A DNA stretch of 64,000 nt, taken from contig CALJHU010000029.1 in NCBI GenBank assembly GCA_937771065.1, positions 3,529 through 67,528 of the forward strand, in the 5' to 3' direction. The stretch comes from an uncultured Polaribacter sp. GTDB lineage: Bacteria; Bacteroidota; Bacteroidia; Flavobacteriales; Flavobacteriaceae. The notes below the pieces were generated by a model. It searched no databases. It had not been told where the DNA came from and worked only from the letters and a program-made list of their open reading frames with translations. Positions 1 through 9,469 of the stretch are shown piece after piece; within the stretch, counting starts at the first letter, position 1; every line of letters starts with the position of its first letter. The translations under genes and the position numbers were made by a program.

Positions 1-521
1 CTTTTCTGACCCACCATTTTTGCCAAATACGCAGAACCATAACCACCGTCAAAAGAAGTTACATCTGCATCTGTTTGTTTAAAAATAGCATGCTCTTTAG
101 AGGCTAAAGTCAAATCGCAAACAACATGTAAACTGTGTCCGCCACCTACTGCCCAACCAGGTACCACCGCAATAACTGCTTTTGGCATGAACCTAATTAA
201 ACGCTGTACCTCTAAAATATTTAATCTATGATAACCGTCATCTCCAACATAACCTTGGTGGCCACGTGCTTTTTGATCGCCTCCAGAACAAAAAGAATAC
301 ACACCATCTTTAGTGCTTGGCCCTTCCGCAGAAAGCAATACAACACCAATATTTACATCTTCACCTGCATCATAAAATGCTTCATACAACTCTTTAGTTG
401 TTTTGGGTCTAAATGCATTCCTTACGTTGGGTCTGTTAAACGCTATTCTTGCAACTCCATTACACTTTTTATAGGTAATATCTTCATACTCCTTTACAGT
501 TTTCCACTTGGGTTGTATCAT
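1..521 (-). CDS. menB: 1,4-dihydroxy-2-naphthoyl-CoA synthase (3' end runs off the window; not in ORF track)
   Basis: Manual translation from ATG 521: MIQPKWKTVKEYEDITYKK...RIAFNRPNVRNAFRP...FCSGGDQKARG...GWAVGGGHSLHVVCDLT...SFDGGYGSAYLAKMVGQK; crotonase-fold MenB motifs; menD nearby. Confidence 0.95.
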   Translation of the reverse strand, partial: MIQPKWKTVKEYEDITYKKCNGVARIAFNRPNVRNAFRPKTTKELYEAFYDAGEDVNIGVVLLSAEGPSTKDGVYSFCSGGDQKARGHQGYVGDDGYHRLNILEVQRLIRFMPKAVIAVVPGWAVGGGHSLHVVCDLTLASKEHAIFKQTDADVTSFDGGYGSAYLAKMVGQK

Positions 522-587
522 ATTTTTGTATTTTAGACGTTCTAACAGAGAACAAAACATTCTTACTTACAAAAATAAACATTCTAA

Positions 588-1748
588 ATGATGATTCAGA
601 AATCCCTGCCATTAATATTTTTATTATTTTTTTTTAGCTCATATTCGCAAACAATTATAAAAAAATCAATTGACTCAGACTATTTAGGCTACAGTAGAGA
701 AATAAAAATATACCTTCCAGAAGGTTATGATAAGGATGAGGAAAAAAACTATCCGCTAGCAATTGTTTTCGATGCTGAATACCTATTTGATCTTTACGTA
801 GGAAATGCAGTACTATTTGCCGCAAAAGATAAGGCGCCAAAACAAATTATTATTGGGATTAACATGGCTAAAACCCGAAAAAAAGACACCTATTTTAATA
901 TAGATAATGGCAACTTAACTAAGAATAATGCCGATTTTTATAATTTCATAAAAGATGAAGTTCTTTTTGAAATAGAAAGTTCTTACAGAACTTCACCCTT
1001 TATAACTTTGATTGGTGAAGGAACCTCTGCCAATTTAATAACTACTTTTTTAGGAGAAAAAACACCTATTATTAATGCCTATATCTGTATAAATCCTGCT
1101 TTTTCAGATTTTATAGCTAGCCAAATGCAAGCTTATAAATTAGCAAGATTTCAGAAAGAAGATAACACTTTTTACTTTTACACGAATAATTCAAATATCT
1201 TTTCTATTAGAAAACAAACATTAATTAGTCAATTACAACAAGGTCTTTCTAGCGTAGCGTTTAATAATTTTAATATTATTAATGACACTTTCAATACAGA
1301 AAATAGTACTTCTGCAATTGCTGAAGCCATTCCTAGAGCCCTAACAAAAGTTTTTGAAATTTATTCTGCAATCTCTAAAGAAGAATTTGACGAAAATATA
1401 AAAGACCTCTCTCCTTTGGATGCCATCACTTATTTAGAAAATAAATATTTAGAAATTGATTTTTTATTTGAAAGTGATTTAGGAATTAGAGAGCAAGATA
1501 TTTTTACTGTAGAAAAGATAATTATCGAAAAAGAAAACGGAGATCAATTGCTAAATTTTGGAAGAATGATTTTGAAAATATTCCCATCATCTCCTTTAGG
1601 TGATTATTATATTGGACGTTATTACGAAGAAGGTAAAAATATAAAAAAAGCCATAAAATATTATAAAATTGGATATGGAAAAATGGATGCTTCAGACCCA
1701 AATGCCGACGCTTTTTATGAAAATATATTAAGATTGAGTAATCAGTAA
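588..1748 (+). CDS. Secreted alpha/beta-hydrolase-fold (esterase-like) protein with C-terminal TPR-like helices
   Basis: Signal peptide; R-x-IKIYLPEGY...YPLAIVFDA pattern of Fes/IroE-like esterases; GxSxG not conserved. Confidence 0.65.
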   Translation: MMIQKSLPLIFLLFFFSSYSQTIIKKSIDSDYLGYSREIKIYLPEGYDKDEEKNYPLAIVFDAEYLFDLYVGNAVLFAAKDKAPKQIIIGINMAKTRKKDTYFNIDNGNLTKNNADFYNFIKDEVLFEIESSYRTSPFITLIGEGTSANLITTFLGEKTPIINAYICINPAFSDFIASQMQAYKLARFQKEDNTFYFYTNNSNIFSIRKQTLISQLQQGLSSVAFNNFNIINDTFNTENSTSAIAEAIPRALTKVFEIYSAISKEEFDENIKDLSPLDAITYLENKYLEIDFLFESDLGIREQDIFTVEKIIIEKENGDQLLNFGRMILKIFPSSPLGDYYIGRYYEEGKNIKKAIKYYKIGYGKMDASDPNADAFYENILRLSNQ

Positions 1749-1852
1749 TTAAAAAACATGCATGAAGAATTAAGAAATATTCAGCATTAAAATAAAAAAA
1801 ACTCTAAATTAAAAAACATATTTACTGCCTACTGAAACTGCCAACTAGATAC

Positions 1853-2305
1853 TTATTTCACCAACAAAATTCTATCTTCTTCAATAACAATTAGTTTCTG
1901 TTTATATAAATTACCAACTGCCTTTTTAAATGCTTTTTTACTCATTTTCATATGAAAACGTATCGAATCTGGCGAGCTCTTATCAGTAATTAAAATAAAT
2001 CCTTCTTTACTATCTTTTAATCTTGTAAGTACTTTATCTACATCAGAATCTATTACGTTTCTAAAACCTTGTGGCCTCAAAGAAACGTCAATTTTTCCGT
2101 CTTCACGAATATTTTTCACATACCCAGTAACTTCCATATTCTCCTCTAAAGCTTGAAAAACTTCACTTCTAAAAAGCAAACCATCAAATTCTTCATTAAT
2201 TAAAACAGTATAACCTAAACCTGTTTCAGTTTCGATTACCAAGCTTACTTTGTCTCCTTCTTTCAAATTCATTTCTCCTTCTTGTAAATCTTCTTGTAAA
2301 TCCAT
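1853..2305 (-). CDS. Short CvfB-like S1 RNA-binding / winged-helix protein
   Basis: GYVKNIREDGKIDVSL S1 repeat and MSKKAFKKAVGNLYKQKLI winged helix; start overlaps menD stop. Confidence 0.75.
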   Translation of the reverse strand: MDLQEDLQEGEMNLKEGDKVSLVIETETGLGYTVLINEEFDGLLFRSEVFQALEENMEVTGYVKNIREDGKIDVSLRPQGFRNVIDSDVDKVLTRLKDSKEGFILITDKSSPDSIRFHMKMSKKAFKKAVGNLYKQKLIVIEEDRILLVK

Positions 2306-3963
2306 TATTGTATATATTTAAAATAATCTTTTAAAACTAGGTCATTTTCTGCACTTGGCGTAAAAATCTCTAATATTTTTGGTTTTTCAGATGTTTCGAA
2401 AAATCTGCTTAATTCTTTTGTTACTATTTCTGTAGAATATGCTTTTTGATATTCTAACTGGTGCATTTTACACAAATATTCTGCTGTTAAGCAATGTGGT
2501 GTTTCAAAATATTGTGCAGCATTTGTAGCTTTTGGGCCTGGAATAATTCTGAAAATTCCGCCACCAGAATTATTAATTATAATAATTCTAAAACTTTTAG
2601 GAATATTACTATTCCATAACCCATTACCATCATAAAAAAAGCTTAAATCTCCTGTAATAAAAACGGTTTGTTGCTCCGAAGCATATGCAGCTCCAATAGC
2701 TGTACTTGTACTTCCGTCAATACCACTTGTTCCTCTATTACAAAAAATATTTACAGTAGCTTTCATGGAAAATAACTGTGCATATCGAATAATAGAACTG
2801 TTACTAATTTGCAACTGACAACTCTCCGGTATGGCATTCAAAGCTTGTTCAAAAACAGAAAAATCTGAGTATTTTATACTTTTCAAATAAGCTAAATGCT
2901 TTTCTCTTCTTTCATCTCTAAAGGCAATCCATTTTGGCTGATAATCGCTTTTTAAAGGTTTTATAAACTCATTGAAATGAGAGAAGAAATCTACCGGTTT
3001 TATTTGTATAAATTCAGACAGACACAAAAAGGTATTGGTTGCTTTTCTAGCATCAATATTCCAATGCTCCTTTGGTTGGTAATCTCTAAGAAATTTCTTT
3101 ATTCTTTTAGAGATAATCATACCGCCAAATGTTATTAAAATATCTGGTTTTAATTCTTGAAACTCAGTATCTAATAAAGAAAAAATCAACTGATCAATGG
3201 AGTTTATAGCTTTATCGTGATGCAAATTAGAAGTTGTCTCTGTTAAAATTAAAACCGAATCATCTTCTGCATATAAGTCCATTAATGAATGTAAATCTGC
3301 ATCTGGATAATTTACACCTACAAGTATCATTTTCTTTTCGGAAACATTCCATGACTTCGACAGTTTTTCGTAATTGATATGAGAATTATCTAACGAACTT
3401 AAAGAAATATGCGGAAAATTATATGCATTCAATACGGGTACTGTCTCATACAAAGGCTCATCAAAAGGAACATTTATATGCACAGGACCTTGTTGCGATA
3501 TAGCTACCTGCAAAGCCTCACCAATTAGTTGAGAATTACGAGTTTTGTACTTCGGGTTTTCTATTAAGTTTGCCGAAAATAAAATATGATTTGCAAATAC
3601 ATTTTCTTGCCGAATAGTTTGTCCGTCTCCAATATCAATCAAATGTTTTGGTCTATCTGCAGAAATAATAACTAACGGGATATTGCTGTAAAACGCTTCT
3701 GCTACTGCAGGATAATAATTTAACAAAGCAGAACCTGAAGTACATAAAACTGCCACAGGTTTTCGCGTCTGTTGCGCAATACCTAAAGCAAAAAATGCAG
3801 CACAACGTTCATCTACAACACTTAATGTCTCTATCTCTTTATGACTAGAGAAACCTATGGTAAGTGGCGCATTTCTTGAACCTGGAGAAACAACAACCGT
3901 CTCAATATTAAATTGAGCGCAAGCTGAAATTACAATTTGTGCGAGTTCTTTTTTTGGATACAT
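2305..3963 (-). CDS. menD: SEPHCHC synthase
   Basis: SPGSRNAPL, DERCAAFFALG, CTSGSA, NRGTSGIDG, GDLSFFYD...NNSGGGIF ThDP motif. Confidence 0.95.
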   Translation of the reverse strand: MYPKKELAQIVISACAQFNIETVVVSPGSRNAPLTIGFSSHKEIETLSVVDERCAAFFALGIAQQTRKPVAVLCTSGSALLNYYPAVAEAFYSNIPLVIISADRPKHLIDIGDGQTIRQENVFANHILFSANLIENPKYKTRNSQLIGEALQVAISQQGPVHINVPFDEPLYETVPVLNAYNFPHISLSSLDNSHINYEKLSKSWNVSEKKMILVGVNYPDADLHSLMDLYAEDDSVLILTETTSNLHHDKAINSIDQLIFSLLDTEFQELKPDILITFGGMIISKRIKKFLRDYQPKEHWNIDARKATNTFLCLSEFIQIKPVDFFSHFNEFIKPLKSDYQPKWIAFRDERREKHLAYLKSIKYSDFSVFEQALNAIPESCQLQISNSSIIRYAQLFSMKATVNIFCNRGTSGIDGSTSTAIGAAYASEQQTVFITGDLSFFYDGNGLWNSNIPKSFRIIIINNSGGGIFRIIPGPKATNAAQYFETPHCLTAEYLCKMHQLEYQKAYSTEIVTKELSRFFETSEKPKILEIFTPSAENDLVLKDYFKYIQ

Positions 3964-4032
3964 ATATAAGGGTACAAAGGTACAAAGTTTGCAAGTTATA
4001 ATGATTTATTATTAAGAGAATTCTTAAAAACG

Positions 4033-4082
4033 AAAAAAGTCAGAAAGTTTTAAAGGAAAACCTTTTTACTTTCTGACTTTTT
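4033..4082 (-). terminator. Intrinsic terminator downstream of fsa
   Basis: aaaaaagtcagaaagt / actttctgactttttt inverted repeat with A/T tails. Confidence 0.75.
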
Positions 4083-4104
4083 CATAAAAAATTAACTGCG
4101 TTGG

Positions 4105-4758
4105 TTAATTCCCTTTTTGGTAATCTGCTAAAAACTTTGCTAAACCACTATCTGTTAATGGATGTCTTAACAAACCTTCAATTGCACTTAATGGTCCAGT
4201 CATAACATCAGAACCTAATTTTGCACAATCTATAATGTGCATTGTATGACGCACAGAAGCAGCTAAAATTTGAGTCTCAAATCCGTAATTGTCATAAATT
4301 AAACGAATTTCTGAAATTAGATTTAAACCATCTGTAGAAATATCGTCTAAACGTCCGATAAATGGCGATACGTATGTTGCACCAGCCTTAGCAGCTAATA
4401 ATGCTTGACCTGCAGAAAATACTAAAGTAACGTTTGTTTTAATTCCTTTAGAAGAAAAATATTTACATGCCTTGACACCATCTTTTATCATTGGTAATTT
4501 CACCACAATTTGTGGATTCAATGCTGCCAAAGCTTCACCTTCTCTTACCATTCCATCAAAATCTGTAGAAATTACTTCTGCAGAAACATCCCCTTCTACC
4601 AATTCACAAATGGCTTTGTAGTGGTTAATAATGTTTGCTTCACCAGTAATTCCTTCTTTAGCCATTAAAGACGGATTTGTGGTTACACCATCTAAAATCC
4701 CTAAAGCTTGCGCTTCTTTAATTTGCTCTAAATTTGCCGTGTCAATAAAAAATTTCAT
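4105..4758 (-). CDS. fsa: Transaldolase / fructose-6-phosphate aldolase family
   Basis: MKFFIDTAN, GVTTNPSL, VVKLP, NVTLVFS, YVSPFIGRLDD, LAASVR. Confidence 0.92.
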   Translation of the reverse strand: MKFFIDTANLEQIKEAQALGILDGVTTNPSLMAKEGITGEANIINHYKAICELVEGDVSAEVISTDFDGMVREGEALAALNPQIVVKLPMIKDGVKACKYFSSKGIKTNVTLVFSAGQALLAAKAGATYVSPFIGRLDDISTDGLNLISEIRLIYDNYGFETQILAASVRHTMHIIDCAKLGSDVMTGPLSAIEGLLRHPLTDSGLAKFLADYQKGN

Positions 4759-4955
4759 TTGTATCTATTTAGTTGTAATTGTTTCTTTTTTAGGAATTCC
4801 CTAAATGTCGAGATGCTTGCACTCAATTTTTGTTCATTTTTCATAAAAGAACTCAAAAAAATACGGTAATTCCTCATGCAAAGATAAGTACTTGCAAGTC
4901 TAATTAAGAAGTGAAATAGAACTATTTCTCTACTACTTATAAACAAGAACTCTTG

Positions 4956-5760
4956 TTATAATTTATAATGATTCATTAATAACTTTTCGTACACATTATC
5001 TGGCAAAATTCGCTTTAAAAAAATGGAGAATTTTTCCATAAAGTTGCCCACTTTATAATGAATTTTAGGATGTTTTGTATTGGTTATTTTATAAACAATT
5101 TTTGCCATTTCTAGCGGATCCATTCCGCCGCCAACATGCGCATCCATTAAATCTAAATTCGTTTGATAATCTTCCTTATAAGCGGAGTTTTCAAACACTG
5201 GTGTGTGGTATCTTCCTGCTGCAATATTGGTTGCAAAATCTCCAGGAGCCACATTTACAATCTGAATTCCAAAATTTTTAACTTCCATTCTTGCAGCCTC
5301 TGTTACAATTTCTAAAGCAGCTTTTGTAGCAGAATAAAGTCCTCTAAAAGGCAAACCCATATACCCAGCAATAGACGTTACGTTTATAATAGTTCCAGCA
5401 TTTTGCTTGCGCATTTGTGGCAAAACAGCCTTCATAACATCGATAGCGCCAAATAAATTGGTATTAAAAACGGCACGCATTTCGTCTGTAGGGGTTTCTT
5501 CAACAGGCCCCGTAATACCCATTCCTGCATTATTTACTAACACATCTAATCTTCCTTCCTTTTCGAGAATATAATTGACTGCAGTATTAATTGTATCTAA
5601 TTTTAAAACGTCTAAAGCTATCAACTCAAAAGAAAACTCTTTCTCATTTTTTGGATTTCTGCTTGTACCATAAACTATATACCCTTTTGCGAGATAAAAA
5701 AGTAGCAATCGCTTTTCCGATACCAGAGGAAGCACCCGTGACTAAAACAACTTTGCTCAT
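4956..5760 (-). CDS. SDR oxidoreductase with one frameshift near 5690
   Basis: True N-terminus MSKVVLVTGASSGIGKAIATFLS from ATG 5760 lies in a different frame from the body (KGYIVYGTSR, NNAG, YSATK); one extra base near 5691. Confidence 0.85.
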
Positions 5761-5897
5761 AAAACATGAAATAATTAAAAGGTTCAATAATTATACAAAT
5801 ATCGAAAAAGTAAGCTAAGAAATCAAAAAAAGAGACTGGTAAATATTATAAAGGAAAATAAAGAAAATTCTAAACGAGAATTTAAGGCATAAAAAAT

Positions 5898-5992
5898 GGC
5901 AAGCTACCTACATCACACCGCTACAACCTAATACCTTTGCTGCGTTCCCGCCCTGGAGGATTCAAAGGGAGCTAGTTGTGTAGAACTTGCCG
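5898..5992 (-). ncRNA. ffs: Signal recognition particle RNA (small bacterial SRP)
   Basis: Terminal GGCAAG/CTTGCC stem and helix-8-like CCAGGGCGGGAACGCAGC on minus strand; TAAATTTG box directly upstream. Confidence 0.9.
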
Positions 5993-5995
5993 AGG

Positions 5996-6003
5996 CAAAT
6001 TTA
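5996..6003 (-). promoter_or_regulatory. Bacteroidota -7 promoter element of ffs
   Basis: TAAATTTG matches TAnnTTTG, 4 nt before the SRP stem. Confidence 0.75.
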
Positions 6004-6167
6004 CAAGCTTTTTTTATTTAAACAATTAAAAAAATGCTAATTTTTTGGTAACATTTTTAAGGTACTGACTACTAATCTATTGTTTTGAGATTTTATAATA
6101 AAAGTCAAAAAATAAAACTATATCAATGAAAAGAATATATTTGTAAAATAACTAAATTAAAAAAAAA

Positions 6168-6689
6168 ATGGAAAATCTACAAACAGTAAAAGTTTAATTG
6201 TTAATTATGGTATTTACCTCGGTGTTGCAACTTTGCTAATTAGTCTTATTTCTGTATGCTTTAGGAATGCATTTAGATCCACATTGGTCTATATCCTTAG
6301 TTTCAGGAATATTATTTATTGGTTTGATTGTATTTGGAATAAAAAAATACAAAGAAACGAATGAAGGTTTTTTAACTTGGGGACAAGGAGTTAAAATTGG
6401 TGTAGGAATTGCTATAGTAGCTGCGCTTATTGGTACCATTTATAATTATCTTTTTATGAATTTCATAGAACCAGATTTTCTAAATCAGGTTATGGAAGTT
6501 TCAAATCAAAAATTACTAGATCAAGGACAAACTGAGGAACAAATTGAAGCTATTAATAAAATGAGTGAAGCTTTTAAGTCGCCTCTTTTAATAGCTGCAA
6601 TGGGTATCATTGGTAGCGCTGTTGGTGGTTTTATTGTTGCTGCAATTGCTGCTGCAATCATGAAAAAATCTGAGGAAGAAACGTATTAA
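6168..6689 (+). CDS. DUF4199-like membrane protein with two compensating frameshifts (near 6180 and 6251)
   Basis: ATG 6168 after TATATTTG (6136-6143); NSKSLIVNYGIYLGVATLLISLI in a shifted frame, then LYALGMHLD...GFLTWGQGVKIG...NFIEPDF. Confidence 0.7.
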
Positions 6690-6755
6690 AACAATATCTT
6701 TAGAAAGTATAGGTTCTAATTTAAGGGCCTACGCTTTTAAACTTCACATTAACAT

Positions 6756-7712
6756 ATGGATATTTCGGTAATAATACCTCTTCTTAATGAAGAAGAATCT
6801 TTACAAGAATTACACGATTGGATTGCAAAAGTTATGCAATCCAATCGTTTTGTGTATGAAATTATTTTTATTGATGATGGTAGTACAGATACTTCTTGGG
6901 CTGTAATTGAAAAATTATCAGAATCAAATTCCGAAGTAAAAGGAATTCGTTTTCAAAAAAACTTTGGAAAATCTCAAGCTTTAGACGCCGGTTTTGAAAT
7001 GGCAAAAGGTGCCGTAGTAATTACAATGGATGCTGATTTACAAGACAATCCTGACGAAATACCAGCATTATACGATCTTATAATAAAAGATGATTTCGAT
7101 CTTATTTCTGGATGGAAAAAGAAACGGTATGACAATGTAATTACGAAGAACATTCCTTCAAAATTATTTAATGCAGCTGCAAGAAAAACATCTGGCTTAA
7201 AGCTAAACGATTTTAATTGTGGTTTAAAAGCTTATAAAAATATCGTTATTAAAACGGTTAAGGTTAGTGGAGAAATGCACCGTTATATTCCTGTGCTGGC
7301 TAAAAACGAGGGCTTTACTAAAATTGGTGAAAAAGTAGTACAACATCAAGCAAGAAAATACGGTGTTACTAAATTTGGTATGGACCGATTCATAAATGGC
7401 TTTTTAGATTTAATTACCATTTCCTTTTTATCTAAATTCGGTAAACGCCCAATGCACATATTTGGTCTTTGGGGATCATTGATGTTTCTATTTGGAACAA
7501 CAACCGCATTGTACATTGGTGTTTTAAAATTATACAAAGTATTTAATGATATTAAAACAATTCTAATCACAGACAATCCGTGGTTTTTTATTGCCTTAAC
7601 TTCAATGATTTTAGGAACTTTATTATTTTTAGCAGGTTTTATTGGCGAATTAATAATTAAGACTAAAAGTAACGAAAAACACTATTCAATAAAAGAAAAA
7701 CTCAATTTCTAA
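6756..7712 (+). CDS. GT2 polyprenol-phosphate glycosyltransferase (ArnC/DPM1-like)
   Basis: SVIIPLLNEEE, IDDGSTD, NFGKSQAL, TMDADLQD, two C-terminal TM helices. Confidence 0.9.
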   Translation: MDISVIIPLLNEEESLQELHDWIAKVMQSNRFVYEIIFIDDGSTDTSWAVIEKLSESNSEVKGIRFQKNFGKSQALDAGFEMAKGAVVITMDADLQDNPDEIPALYDLIIKDDFDLISGWKKKRYDNVITKNIPSKLFNAAARKTSGLKLNDFNCGLKAYKNIVIKTVKVSGEMHRYIPVLAKNEGFTKIGEKVVQHQARKYGVTKFGMDRFINGFLDLITISFLSKFGKRPMHIFGLWGSLMFLFGTTTALYIGVLKLYKVFNDIKTILITDNPWFFIALTSMILGTLLFLAGFIGELIIKTKSNEKHYSIKEKLNF

Positions 7713-7753
7713 AATGTATATTTGCATTTTAATACCATAATTTATATTTAAAA

Positions 7754-9469
7754 ATGAGTGAAATACTAGACAAAGCAAAGCAGTGGTTAAGTGCTACTTT
7801 TGATGCAGCAACGCAGCAAGAAATTGAACAATTAATTACTACTAATGCTCCTGATTTAGAAGATAGATTCTATAAAAACATGGAATTTGGAACAGGTGGA
7901 ATGCGAGGAGTTATGGGCGCAGGAACCAACAGAATTAATAAATATACGTTAGGTAGAGCAACACAGGGTTTGTCTAATTACCTAATAGAAAATGTAAACA
8001 AAAATCAATTAAAAGTAGTTATTGCTTATGATTGTAGACATAACAGTAAAAAGTTTGCAAAAATTGTTGCAGACGTTTTATCTGCTAATAATATAAAGGT
8101 TTATTTATTTGAAGATTTAAGAGCGACACCAGAACTATCCTTTGCGGTGCGACATTTAGATTGCGATGCAGGTATTGTTTTAACAGCTTCTCACAATCCG
8201 CCAGAATATAACGGTTACAAAGTATATTGGGCAGATGGCGGACAAATTGTACCTCCGCATGATGGTAAAATTATAGGAAACGTAAATGCTTTAGATTTTT
8301 CTGAAATTAAATTTACTGCAAATGAAGCTTTAATTGAAACGATAGGTAAAGAGGTAGATGACGTATTTATAGCCGCGGCTGTGAAAAATGGCTCTTTGTC
8401 TCCAGATATCGATCGAAAAAATTTAAAAGTAGTCTTTACTTCTTTGCACGGTACTTCTATTGTTTCCGTGCCAGATGCTTTAGCAAAAGCAGGGTATACA
8501 GATGTGCATATCGTTGAAGAACAAAGAGAACCAGATGGGGATTTCCCTACTGTAAAATCACCAAATCCAGAAGAACCAGAAGCTTTAAAAATGGCAACTG
8601 ACTTAGCAAACAAAATTGGTGCCGATATTGTGATTGGTACTGACCCAGATTGCGATAGATTAGGGGTTGCTGTTAGAGATACCGATGGAAACATGAAACT
8701 AATGAATGGGAACCAGACAATGGTTGTAATGACAGAGTTCTTGTTAAGAAAATGGAAAGACGAAAATAGAATAAACGGAAAACAATTTATAGGTTCTACA
8801 ATAGTTACCACAGAATTAGTAGGTGCAGTAGCAAAAAATTACGGCGTTGAAACCAAAATTGGATTAACTGGTTTTAAATGGATTGCCAAAATGGTGAAAG
8901 ATTTTCCGGAATTAGATTTTATTGGCGGTGGTGAAGAGAGTTTTGGTTATATGGTTGGCGAATTTGTAAGAGATAAAGATGCGGTAACCGCTACTTTATT
9001 AGCTTGTGAAATTGCTGCATATGCAAAACAAAACGGCAGTTCTTTCTATGAAGAATTATTGGCTATTTATCTTAGAAATAATTTTTACAAAGAGCATCTA
9101 ATATCGATTACTAAAAAAGGAATGGACGGTGCTGCAGAAATTCAGCAAATGTTAAGTGACATGCGGAACAACCCATTATCAGAAATTGATGGAGAACAGG
9201 TAGTATCGCTAAGCGATTATCAAGCATCCACTGTTAAAAACTTAATTACGGGCAAAGTAACAAACATCGATTTACCAAAATCGAATGTTTTAATTTATCA
9301 AACTGCTAATGGCACAAGAATAGCTGCAAGACCAAGTGGTACAGAACCTAAAATAAAATTCTATTTTAGTGTAAACACTTCTTTAGATGCAAAGGAAAAC
9401 GCTCTAAAGATTGAAGCAGATTTAGATGCTAAAATTCAACGAATTATAAAAGAAATGAAACTAAATTAA
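7754..9469 (+). CDS. pgm: Phosphoglucomutase/phosphomannomutase
   Basis: FGTGGMRG, TASHNP, DPDCDR, GEES, RPSGTEPKIK. Confidence 0.88.
   Translation: MSEILDKAKQWLSATFDAATQQEIEQLITTNAPDLEDRFYKNMEFGTGGMRGVMGAGTNRINKYTLGRATQGLSNYLIENVNKNQLKVVIAYDCRHNSKKFAKIVADVLSANNIKVYLFEDLRATPELSFAVRHLDCDAGIVLTASHNPPEYNGYKVYWADGGQIVPPHDGKIIGNVNALDFSEIKFTANEALIETIGKEVDDVFIAAAVKNGSLSPDIDRKNLKVVFTSLHGTSIVSVPDALAKAGYTDVHIVEEQREPDGDFPTVKSPNPEEPEALKMATDLANKIGADIVIGTDPDCDRLGVAVRDTDGNMKLMNGNQTMVVMTEFLLRKWKDENRINGKQFIGSTIVTTELVGAVAKNYGVETKIGLTGFKWIAKMVKDFPELDFIGGGEESFGYMVGEFVRDKDAVTATLLACEIAAYAKQNGSSFYEELLAIYLRNNFYKEHLISITKKGMDGAAEIQQMLSDMRNNPLSEIDGEQVVSLSDYQASTVKNLITGKVTNIDLPKSNVLIYQTANGTRIAARPSGTEPKIKFYFSVNTSLDAKENALKIEADLDAKIQRIIKEMKLN

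Noticed and set aside
228-536. 102-aa plus-strand ORF, and the many other short antisense or nested ORFs in the track
   Set aside because: They are shadows of well-supported genes on the other strand or frame (here menB) and have no motifs
1825-1847. actgcctactgaaactgccaact short ACTG repeats
   Set aside because: Too short and degenerate; no spacer structure, not CRISPR
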